Assembly (NCBI RefSeq): GCF_004010195.1
Contig: NC_057755.1
Location: forward strand, 8,011,466-8,075,465
From: Chiloscyllium plagiosum
Lineage: Eukaryota
Length of the DNA stretch: 64,000 bases
Reading direction: 5' to 3'
Every line of letters begins with the position of its first letter. Positions within the stretch are counted from its first letter, which is position 1. Position numbers and translations under genes: made by a program. Below, piece by piece: positions 52,521-64,000 of this stretch. The notes beneath the pieces were generated by a model that saw only the letters and a program-made list of their open reading frames with translations, did no database searches and was not told the origin of the DNA.

Positions 52521-55500
52521 TGCTTTCCCCTCCATCATTCAGCACCAATGCAGCCTCCTCCTGTCCCACATCAGAAAACTCCTGGTGCCCTCTTCCCCTT
52601 TGTCAATCTGCATCTTATCATTTAAACCTGTATAGGTGGAGGTAGGATGTATAACGAACTGTAAATACTGGTTGGGTTTGTCTATTGACCTCAAAAAGGA
52701 CCGGAGACATACGGAATGGATTAAACGGGAGATCTGCAGCGTACGGCTGCAACCATGGTTCACTTTAATCGACGTATAGTTTAGATAATCGAAACTAAAA
52801 ATAATGTTGTGGAAGTCGATTTTCTGAAGTCCACACGCGATGCCGTTTTAGACCAACACATTGAGGAAGTAACTAGACTACAGGTTATTCTGACTGGTCA
52901 TAGTGCAATGCGACGGAGTTAATTAATAATCTTATTGTGTTGGGGAAAAGCACAAAATACTAGAATTATTTCTTAAGATGGAGAATGAAGCAATCGAACC
53001 TGAAATGAGGATATTGAATTTAAATGAAGAGGAGAAGAAAGTATTGATCGATAGTTTGGCAGTGATGGATTGAGCAACCTTAGTGGATGGGTTATCAGTG
53101 GCTAGGCAATAGACAATATATCAGTAAAGTGTGAATGTGTTACAACAGCAATCATTTCCCCTCTGGTGCAACAATAAATCAAGAATTTTGAGAGTACAGA
53201 GTTCTGCCTGACTGCATATGGGATTGCAAATCTTTCTGATTTTCAGCAGTTTTATATACAGCACAGAAACATGAAATCAATCCTCGAGGGCATATATCTG
53301 CCTGCTCTCGACCAGGCATATCTACATGCATGGAATGTCCAACAAACAACGCTGTTCATATGTAATTACGAATAACTTCAATACACAATTATATTTACGT
53401 ACAAGCAGCAACACCTTTAATGTACACTAATTTTAATAGGGAAAAACAAATAGCTCCAATGCAGAACGGTATTTATATCTAAACTGAAACCGTTCCAATA
53501 CATGAATAATTTTAGTTATCAATATGAAAAGTTCCAATACGCAACAGTATTTATGTAGAGACACAAAGTGCTCCAACATACGATAATATAAAATATAAAT
53601 TGTATATCCATATGCATACATATAAGAAGTTAGACTCAGATGTAACACTATTACAATTGAATTCAGAGAACTACAAAGACATGAAGAAGATGCTGGCCAG
53701 AGTTGGTTGGAAGGAGAACCTAGTACAGAATACAGAGGGGCAGCAATGCCAGGAGTTTATGGTGCAAATTCAGGAGAAGGAGCAGAAATCCTAGGAAGAA
53801 CAAATGTACTAAGGAGAGAACGAGACAACAATGGCTGAGTAGGGAAGCTATGGACAGCATCGAAACAAAAATGCATACTCTGTTGAAGTTTGGTGTGAAG
53901 TCAGAGGATAGAGAAACATTTAAAGACATACAAAGGAGAATTAAAAATCACTAGGTGGAAGAAGTTGGAATGTGAGGGTAAGCTACCAAGTAATATCAAT
54001 GAAGATTGCAAAAGATTTTCGATAGGTAAGAGGAAAGAGATAGGTAAAAGTATATGTTTGACTACCGAAAAATGAGGCTGGTGAAGTAGTTTTGGAGAAC
54101 AAGAGATGTCAGAGGAACTGAATGCGTAATTTGCATCACTTTTTAAAGTGAAAGCACCAAATACGTACGAGACTCAAGGGAGTCAGTTTCGAGGTGTGCG
54201 TGAATGGGGAATGTTGCTGGGGAATGTGCAAAATCCAAAAATGATAAATCAACGGCACCTGACGGACTATATTCCACAGTTCTGAAGGAGATAGCTGAGG
54301 AGATTGCAAAGGCGTTGGTGATGATCTTTCAGGAATGAGTGGAGTCAGAAACAGTCGCAGAGGATTCGAAATGGCTCATGTATCATTCCTATTTAAGAAG
54401 GGAAACAAGCGGAAGACTGGAAAGTTTAGGCCAGTTCATCTGAACTCAGTCGTCGTTATGATTTTCAGCTCATGTTTTAAGAATGAGATGCAGCCTGCTT
54501 GGATATACATGGTGAAATAGGGCTGAGACAGCTCAGCTTCATCAAGGGGAGGAACAGCCTGACACATCTTTTACAGTCCTTTGAGAATGTAACAAGCAAT
54601 TTAGGGAAAGGAGAGCTTTGGTGATCTCTGTGGAATTCCTGACCCTTGGTATGCCCCGCAAAGGAAACAGCTAAACAAGACGAGAACCCATGGTGTTAGG
54701 AGCAAGGTACTGGCATGGATAGAGGATTGACTGCCTTGTGATAAAGAAGAGATTGTGGATAAAGAGATCTTTTTCAGTATGACAGCCGATGACGAGTGAA
54801 ATTCCAAAGGGCTGAGTATTGTGACCACAACTATTCACGTGCACATAAATGATCAACATGAAGGAACTGAGGTCATTGTTGCTGAGTTTTATGGTTACAC
54901 AAATATATGTGGAGGGACAGATAGTTTTAGGGAAGCAATGGTGCTGCAGAAGGGACAGCTACATAGTGAGAAACATTCAAAACTGAGAGTCCAGAAATGG
55001 TATGTTTCCATCAGTGTAACAATGAAGGCAGGTATATTTACGAAATTGTGAATGACGAGAGAAATTGAGATTCCTCACAGGAAGAATCAGAGGTAAGGTA
55101 TAGAGAACAGGGATCGCGTGTTTCTCCAGAATAGCACAAGAGCAAATGCAATGTACTCAACAGGGAAAACTGGAGGACAAAAAGAGGTCAAGAGATAACT
55201 TTGTCAGACAGGGCTAAGGAGAACACAAAGGGATTCGACAAGTACATTAAGGACAATAGAGGAACAAGGTCGAGAATAGGACCAATTAAAGATCAACAAT
55301 TCCACTTTTGCATGGAGCCGCATGAGATGGCTAAGTTATGAAATGAATATTTCCCGTTAGTAATCATTGAGGAGTAGAACATGTACATGTACATTAGAGA
55401 ACTTGGAGAAATAAATAGTGAGTTCTTCTAACAGAGGAATATCTTAAAACGCACAAAGGTGGAAATATCCCTGGGGTCTGATCAAGTGTAACCCAGAATC

Positions 55501-56217
55501 ATGTGGGAAGCTAGAGAAGACTGGGCTTCATTCTGAGACATTTAAATCATTGATAGCCACCGAACAGGTACTGGAAGTCTAGAGGCTGGTTAATGTGCTG
55601 CCAGTATTGAAGAAAGATTGTCAGGAAAAGCTAGGGAACTATAGACCAGTGAGTTTGATGTTATTGATAGGTAAGAGAGTGGGTGAGTGAAATACTTCCA
55701 AGGAGGCATCTCTAAGTCTCCTTTTTATAAAAGTGCACAATGCATGTACTCGGAGCAGCTTGATCAGTGCCTTCGCTAAAATGAGGAGAATTTATGAGAC
55801 CCCTGTCTATATGTGTCAGATACGGCTTTTTGATTGGTCCTGGTTAACAGCGCCAATCATGGATTTCATATTCGATGAGATCGATTGGGTTCTTTTTCTA
55901 ACCACTGTCGAGGCCATTCCGAAGGACAGGAAGTATTTGGAAAGGCAAGGAATGAACAGCGATCGACCATAAGGCTTGGTGCATGAAACATAATGTCTTC
56001 CCAACTTCATTGAATTTTTCTGAAGAAGTGATAAGGAGGACTGATGAAGACAGAGTGGTGGACCTTTTCTGTAGTGATTTCAACAAGGCCAAATGTCCAG
56101 TGGTATAACTGCAAGGATTGATACTAATTCCACTGCGATATGTGATTTATGTTATTTTTGTTTTGGTGTGAATACAGCAGGGATGGTTGCAATTTTGAAG
56201 ATTACACTAAAATCGAT

Positions 56218-56361
56218 TCGGAGATGCCGGTGTTGGACCGGGGTGTACAAAGGTAAACATCACAAAACACCAGGTTATAGTCCAACAGGTTTAATTGGAA
56301 GCACACGAGCTTTCGGAGCGACGCTCCTTCATCAGGTGATTTTGGTGTTGTGTGATGTTTA
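56218..56361 (-). mobile_element. Family B Penelope-derived insertion
   Basis: 12-bp TSD ACTAAAATCGAT (56206-56217 and 56362-56373); short inverted segment at the end. Confidence 0.8.
56304..56338 (-). ncRNA. Minimal hammerhead ribozyme motif (family B)
   Basis: CAC-CUGAUGA-A-GGAGC(GUC)GCUCC-GAAA-GCUC-GUG: helix I CAC/GUG, palindromic AGCU helix III, CUC triplet. Confidence 0.8.
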
Positions 56362-56837
56362 ACTAAAATCGATGGTCGAATAGATAGTCTAAAAGGTCAT
56401 CACATAGTGCACCAGGACACAGGTCAGATGGGCTAGTGCAATGATGAGTAACAGGGGGAGTTTAGTATGGACAAATGTGACGTTCTAAATTTGGCAGTGC
56501 AAGTAAGGGCAGGACCTATACACTTCATGCTAAAGTCTTGAGGAATGTTGGCGAACGAAGAGGCCTTGGATTGGAGTCTGATATTTACTTGTAAGTGATT
56601 TCGCGGGTACACCAATTTTACTTGCATCATTGGAGGCCTACGTTTATAGAAATTATAAAATTACAAGGGGCATTGATGCTGTGACAAGCAAGGTCTTTTT
56701 CCAGCGGCGAGATCTCCAAAACTTGAAGGCTTTGTTTCGGGGGAGAGGGGAAATATCTGTTCCTCTGGATGAATGATTTATATACTGTCACACATATTTC
56801 GGGTGGAACCACGAAAGACTTTCTGTCGCCTGGCATT

Positions 56838-59800
56838 GACCATACCAGAACCCCTCAAAACAGTTTAGGAAAGCAGCCAAGAACCTACAATTTCCAGTTA
56901 TTTTAAGCAGGTGTGAAGTGGAATGATGCAGCTGGTCCAACTCGGTTTTAAACCAAACAGAATTTATTTACACACGAACAAAAGAGAACAGAATATAGAA
57001 TAACATAATTGTACTGAAAGCCCAGTCGACTCTAATACAACTAAATGATGTTGTTCTAAATACAACATTCTCATGAACGCCCCCCGCCCCCGTCCAAAAA
57101 AACAAACAGATTCTCACAGTAGAGCTGTCAGAGAGACACAGAGAGGGGCTACTTATTGGCGCATCCACTAGCTTCCCAATATTCCCAGCTAAAACGTGAC
57201 CAGTGGATGTAAACAAAAGCAAACAAAAACCTGATCTGGGAGATCTGGCCACTCCCCTTTCATTTTACAAGTGTTTCTAGAGAAAAAAAAGCTTAAAAGC
57301 TTTCTCAGGTCAAGCACTCGGAACCTGTGCTTTTATGATCACTCTGAAAAAAAAAATACAAGGACAGAATAAACTTGCTAATGGAGCAACATCGTCCGAA
57401 TTTCTGATCATAAACAAAGTAAATGGAATTCCATATCTCAATAATTTAGATAGTCTTGCCTATAAGTCTTCACATTGTCCTTAATGTCAATGCCACCTTT
57501 CTAGCACTCCCTGCGATTCTGGATGGTATGCAGTCGGATTGAATTCTTTTATTCCTAAGATGTCCATAACTTCCTTGAACAATTTTGATGCCAAGTTTGA
57601 CCCTTGATCTGCATGTATAGCTGTGGGTATTCCGTACCTAATTAAAAATTTGAGTTACTACTCTACAATCCATTTACCTCTGATATTGCATAATGGAGTG
57701 GCCCCTGGAAATCTCGTGGACTAATTTATTATTGTGAATAATTACTGATTCCCACTTTTTGTTTTAGGTAGGGGACCTACGCAATCAACTTAGACTCTTG
57801 AAAAGAGTGCCACCAATGCAGGAATGGATATCAAAGGAGCAGGTTTACTATTTCCTGCAGTTTTTCAATTGCCTGATATGCAAAACATGTCTGGCAAAAT
57901 TCAAGTACATCCTTGTCCAGTCCAGGCCATTCGAAATGTTTTGCATTTCAGTTTGAGTTTTTCTTACCTCTAAAAACAATCTCCTAGTGGTACATCATGT
58001 GCTAATTGCAACACATCTTTCTATACCCCACCGTCAATACGACTTGATGAGCGGTTCCTCATTTCTCATCTGCCTGAATATATGAAGGTCTCCATGTTCT
58101 CATTAAAACTTTTTTTTTTATGATGGTAGCACTCAGGGATACTTTCAGATTCTTTTAACGTGTCTATCTTCTGATTCAATTGCTTGAAATTTTCATCTTT
58201 CTGCTGCAAATCAGTTACTTTCGATGAGCTAAAGATTTCTGCTTTAGCGGCCATCTGCTCCTTGTTTTTCTCAATCATTGATCATTCAGGTCCCAATTCA
58301 ACTTTCTTATCGGTGCACTTTTAGCTTTCCTATTTCAACTGGTGACATTGTGACCTTCTCATCACACAGTCAGGAAATATCCCAGGATATTATTCCAGCA
58401 ATATCGTTGTTGTCGCATTTCCACTGGCTTTTCAACCACAGTAGGCAGCACTCCTACCTGTGAACCAGCTACATCGTTAGCAAGAACAAATTGTATTGCT
58501 GCAACTAAGAGAGTTTGTCCAGTACTCCTAGTACAACTTCTCAACATTTCACTGGACACTCTAAACTCACTCTACATAATTGCGCATTTCTTCTCTCACC
58601 GCCAATTCCCGTTTCTAGCATGCTTTCTGGCAATAGTCCTTCACAGGTACATATCTCATCTTTCAACATCAAAGATTGAGAGCATCCTGCATCTCTTAAA
58701 ATTGTAACCTCTTTACCTGCTGCTCCTGGTCTATGCAAGCAAATATTACCTTCGCATGTACATGGTTTGAGAAGAGCTGGCCCTTCCTCCTTAACCAAAC
58801 TCCGACTAGGACGTACATTATGATGCATCTTTCTGGACTCCATTGTGCTTTCTGTTACCACCCCAATAAAATTCACTGGCGTATCCTGTTTTCCTCCATC
58901 TGTCTTTCCAGTGATTTTACGAGCACACCAATACTGTGATTTCATGCTGTCTTTTTTATTGCAGTGAAAAGACCAGAGTATTTTAACGTCTCTTTCCCTT
59001 CAAGGGTTTTGTCCTTTTACCCCGTGATACGTTAGCCACCTGATTTCCACCGTGATCTGCCCTTCCCATACCACTTGAAGGTTTCTCTTTTCCCCAATTG
59101 CTACCCCTCACGGATTGAAATTAACATTGGAAGCCAAAATTTGTTTTCTGAACAAACCCATAATCATTGGGCATTTCTGCTGATAATTGTGCCCTTTAAA
59201 CTCTCTGCTGTTCCACATGTGGTCTTTTCACGTTAGGAAGTGAATTCTTGAATTCCACCAAAAATAACTGTCTCTCTAAGAGCATATTTTTTTGCTGTAT
59301 TTTTTTGCCCTTATCCACTGCTCAAAATTAATTTGTTTGATGAGTACATCTTCAATGTCGTTTTGACCAGGGATCCTCCTTAGTTTCCTGTAATGCTGTC
59401 GGATTCTGGCACATGTGTATCTACAATTAAAATGGCTTGAATCAATTCCGCATACGTCCCAGATACTTCCTCTGATATTATGCAAATACCTCACTCGCTC
59501 TACCGGCAAGTTCTATTTTGTGTCGCAAGATTCACATGGTCACTGGCCATTTAATTGGTTTAGTGACATTCTCAAATGAGATAGAAACGGCTTCTGCATC
59601 CTTCTCATCATATTCAGGTAATACTTGAATATATACAATTAGGTCCATCATAGACTTTGGCTACCATGGGTATGCTCATCCTCACTCTTTTCCTCACTAA
59701 TCTTAACTTCAGCCTGAATTTACATGCATTTAAGCTGACTTTCCTGCCTAAGTGCCATTTGTGAAGTTCAAGCTTCCTCTCTTTATTCTTGCCTCTCACT

Positions 59801-60030
59801 CCTTTTCTCTCTCTGTTGGTCTTAATTTCATTCAAACTGTTTCATTTCTGTTGCCCTTTCCTTATCTTTTACCTCTAACTCAGGTGCTTAATTTTCAATT
59901 GAATTTTAATAATCTCTGAAGATTTTGGCGGCATTTGTAAACAATTTCAGAAAACATTGTTCAAACCAACACCCTGAGGAAAACGGCACTAGTAACTACC
60001 ACTTGTAGCCTTTTACTCTCATCCCTAACT
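56838..60030 (-). mobile_element. Decayed Gmr1-like Ty3/gypsy element (LTR, integrase, protease, gag), internally deleted
   Basis: LTR ~56838-57395; integrase remnants VDCVGPLPKTKSGNQ and DQGSN (57590-57850); protease VTILRDAGCSQSL; gag knuckle remnant near 58940-58975. Confidence 0.8.
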
Positions 60031-60034
60031 CAAT

Positions 60035-60142
60035 GTTTGGTAAGGGTTAAATGTAGGGGTATGGGTGGGTTACGCTTCGGCGGGCAGGTGTGGGCTTGTT
60101 GGGCCGAAGGGCCTGTTTCCACACTGTAATGTAATCTAATCT
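60035..60142 (+). mobile_element. 3' fragment of an HE1-like SINE or its partner LINE tail
   Basis: Matches 21345-21446, with a (TAATC)n tail. Confidence 0.75.
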
Positions 60143-60849
60143 TAGTAACCTGAGGCAAAATTTAAACTGAATGTTTAATTCGAATTGTTGTCAAAACAGC
60201 AAACAACTCAGGTATCCATTTCGCAGTTGAATGTTACATATTTTCTGTTTTCCAATACACACTAAGTCTGCTAGCTAGTCTTATGACAGATGCCTGTAAG
60301 CTCTCAGTGCGGAATAACATTAACTCTCTCTTAACGGTAGAGTACACACCTTTAATTTCATTTGACCGCATTCATTTTTTTTCTAATTCTTAAACCCATT
60401 AAATTAAATTCATAGGTCTTTAATTTAAGTTCATGTTAATTTCTACGCACACACACAAACACATGATTGTTATCTTTTTACGGTTGTCTATACTTTATCC
60501 ATTAAATCCGTGATAACGCATCTGCTGTCACATTTTACGAATTGGAACATGTGCAATTTGTAAATTGAAAGTTTGTCACATAAGGCTCCAATTAAATAGT
60601 CACATTTTTTTTATTTTAATTCGTTCCAAGAACGAACGAAGATTGTGATCAGTCGACTTCTGTCTCTCAAGCATTGTTTATGATCTAAATATAAAAATGT
60701 TGAAAGGGGAGTACCAAACGCAATAATTCTTTTTCAATGGTAGAGTATTTTCTCTGGTGGTGTTAAGTTTCTTTGAAAAGGAGCAAATTGCCATTCAATT
60801 CTGTTTCTGTAGCAGTATAGTTCCAACTCATGTATCAGGAGGATCAATT

Positions 60850-63800
60850 TCAACTTTGAAGGTTTTTTTTAAAAAAGAATACATACCAAAAACTGGTAAA
60901 GTGGTTCATAAAGCATTTATATTCTGAAATTTCTCCTGGCACTTTTCTGTCCACCGAAATTTTGTATTCTTCCTTAGTGAATCTGTTAGTCGTTATACCA
61001 TACTGCTGAAGTTTGGAACAAACTTCTGTGGAATCCACTTAGTCCCAAAAATCGAAGCACCTCTTTCTTTCACGACGTTCTTAAAAATTCCTCAATGGCC
61101 TTTGTCGTTACGTTTCTTGGAGTCAGCCTTCCATAACCGATGATTTGTCCCAACAACGTCACCTTTGCATTTGCAAATTCTATTTCCTTTATGTTTATTA
61201 CCAATCTTGCTTCTCATAATCATTCAAACAGCTCTGCCAACTGTACCATGTGATCTTTCCACAAATTGCTAAATGCCACTACCTCATCCAGATAAACTGC
61301 ACATTTTTATAACCCAGCATCAACTATGTTCATGAATCTTTGGAATGTTACTATTACGTTCTTCATTCCAACAGGAATCACTTTGTAATGATATCGCCCA
61401 TTTGGCGTTACAAACGCTGAAACTTACTTTGCTTTTTTTTCTGATAAAGTCACCTGCCAATAACCACGCAGTAAGTCCAACTTTGTGATCTAAGTGGTTG
61501 TCCAAATGTTTATATAAAGTCCTGTATTCTTGATATTGGGTATGAATTTAGTTTTATTACAGCGTTCACCTTCTGATGTTCCACACAAAATCGTTGTGTC
61601 CTGTCAGATTTGGGAACTATCACCATTGGTGAACTCTGATTTGGTTAGATGATACCTTCTTTGAGCTTTGCATCCACTTCCTTCTCGATCTGTCTGCCTT
61701 TGAAAGGATTGAGTCTGTGGGGATATTATTTTATTGGAACAAAATCCTTGCTTCCACCTCATTGACAATTTTATTTGTCGTCCCCATCTTATTCCTCCAT
61801 ATATAATCATTCTGCCTCAACAAACCTTTCAACTCGGTGTTCTGCTCCTGAGACAGAGAATTCACTAACATGCTCCAATCCTCAAGGACCTCCTCAATAT
61901 TTAAAGCATTTTGAGACACATTAAACTCCGTTTCGTTAGGAATTGATTCTTCACTCTACAGGGCAGTAACTAACACCTGTTCCTCGAGTTCCCTGTCTCT
62001 ATTATAGTAAGGTTTCAACATATCCACATGACATACCCGACACAGTACGCTTTTAGCATGGTCTTCAGGGCATGGTGTCACCCGTTCAAGGTTCCCTGTA
62101 TTCAGGATGATACGCACTTGATTTAAAATGCTGTCTGCCCAAAATATCCATGACTTCTTTAATCAGCCTCGCAGTAAAATTAGACCCACTGGCTGAATGA
62201 ATCTCTCTCTGTAGTTCCAAACGTGTGACAAAAGCTTTTAGATCCTCTACCAAACTTTTTGCCTTAATTCTCCGGAATCGAATTGCCTCTTCAAATCAGG
62301 TAGACACAATTATTACGGTTATCAAGTAATGGTTCCACTTTTATTTCTAAGTAGGCGACCTACATAATGAATCATGACTTATGTGAAAGGTTCTTAGATT
62401 GCGGGAATTGGCAACAAAGATGCCAGTTTTAATACTGCCATTGGTTTATCTTTCATTTGGCAGTTATGTCATGAACGACAATGTTTACCCACATCACTGT
62501 GCAGTCCAGACAAATAGAATAGCTTCTGAACGTTAGCCGTAGTCTCTGACTGGTAATTCATGTGTTCCTGTAGAACGTCCTGTCTCTATGCTACTGGCAA
62601 CACAATCTGGGACACTTCTGACTATTTATCTTTTGCACTAGTCGGCTGTGGTCTTTATTTTCCTCTGTGGTTTCTATCTTTAAGATTACTACCCCCACGA
62701 TTACATTCTGATTCCTTTTCTATGCATGCATCTCACACACACGCACACACATGCACGTACATATATAATTGGCCCATCTTTCTGTTGTACATCCATTATT
62801 CTTTCATGACTAAACATTTCTGCCAGACCCTCTGCCTGTTCAGGGATTTCCTGCACCAGTACATCAAACAGGGTACTCGCTCACAGAACCTCAACTGCTT
62901 CATCTTTCTCTTTCATATTTTGCTTCACGCTGTGACTTATAGTGGGAACCTACGTCTACAGAGTCTGGTAGGAAATCAGGGTATTTTCCATTTAACTCCT
63001 CAGCTCCCTGGTCTTCCTTTGGTGTCTCCACAACAAGGGTTGTCACTCCAACCTTGAATCCTGCTAAATCTTTCGCAAGAACAGACTGCATTGCCGGAAC
63101 TGACATTGTCAATCGTTCTCACTGTTAATCCCCCAGTATTGAATTGGCACTCCACCCTGATCTTACATAGGAGAACGCTACATGTTTGACCATCTATTCC
63201 ACAAATTATCACAGTCTGGGGGTAACAGGTCAGAAAGAGGACAAATACTCTAATGTTCTATTATTCCTAAAGACTGATTCGATCCCATATCTTTCAAAAT
63301 TATTACTTCTTTCCCTTCTCCCCCGGTTCTTTTTGTGTAAACTTTATCCACAGAGATGGTCTTTATACAGATCGACACTAACTCGATACCCAGCCCCTTC
63401 CTAGGCTACTGCATCTCCTCGACAATTCTTGGAGTTTTTTTTAACTACTTTCACTCATGGCACTGTTTTGCCTCTTTTCCAACATCTTTTCCCAACTTGC
63501 CTTTCCATTCCCACTTTACCAGACTAGAAATACCTAAGGCCTTTCACCTCCTTTTCACACTCTTGCGATTCTTTGTTCATTGTCATGTGTTTTTTGTTTT
63601 ATAGTGTAGCATCCCCAATTCACCAAATTATTATCCCTCACGGGATGAAATTCATATCAGAAGCAACATTTTGCCTTATACATCAATGCAAGTCTATCTG
63701 CCATCTCTTCTCTCTTCTCAATTGTTGAACATTCTGTTCATCCACATGAATTCTTTTTATCTTGGAAAGTGAGTTTTCAAACTCCTCCAGCAGAGTTACT

Positions 63801-64000
63801 TAATGCAGAGCCTCATAAATCTTACCGAAACATCAATCGTGTCACCCCTCGCACGCTTTCCAGCTCTATGGTGCACAGACCCAACCTACTCAAGGTCTCT
63901 CCAGTAAGTGAATTCCACAGACTAATAACCCGCTCGGGCAAAATAAATCTTCTTTCCTGCCAATCCCCGACTCCTTTCTGATTTAAAGAAAAATGTCTGT
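60850..64000 (-). mobile_element. Second decayed Gmr1-like Ty3/gypsy element (gag-PR-IN-RT)
   Basis: RT remnants LDLLRGYWQV, SAFVTPNG and YLDEVV at 61270-61500; integrase remnants at 62130-62530; protease-like IIILKDMGS at ~63290; runs off the window end. Confidence 0.8.

Larger units (their letters stand above)
53630..56760 (+). mobile_element. Decayed CR1 composite, paralogous to 1490-4800
   Basis: Same fragment order and the same nested solo LTR (~55683-55905). Confidence 0.85.

Noticed and set aside
53433..53648. Hydrophobic ORF as a second GPCR exon 1
   Set aside because: No donor site in a matching phase and no partner exon found.

Overview
Repeat-rich vertebrate DNA, most likely from a shark (inferred from HE1-type tRNA SINEs, CR1 LINEs, Penelope-like elements and a two-exon GPR139-like receptor). 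The supplied ORF track is mostly noise; I found no intact host gene. Main contents: (1) a full-length but defective class I (gamma/epsilon-like) endogenous retrovirus on the minus strand at 31692-40502. It has ~760-bp TG...CA LTRs, a 5-bp TSD, a tRNA-Pro-like PBS, a PPT, gag-UAG-readthrough-pro-pol and env, and it sits next to an uninterrupted paralog of its own insertion site. (2) A two-exon GPR139-like pseudogene at 9952-14775 (-). (3) At least three families of Penelope-like elements carrying minimal hammerhead-ribozyme motifs, several with an intact core. (4) Two decayed Gmr1-type Ty3/gypsy elements with integrase upstream of RT. (5) An RTE LINE, many CR1 fragments, 42-, ~61- and ~67-bp tandem repeats and microsatellites. 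The window is a mosaic of old duplicated blocks. Coordinates of degraded repeats are approximate and read by eye; no database searches were run.
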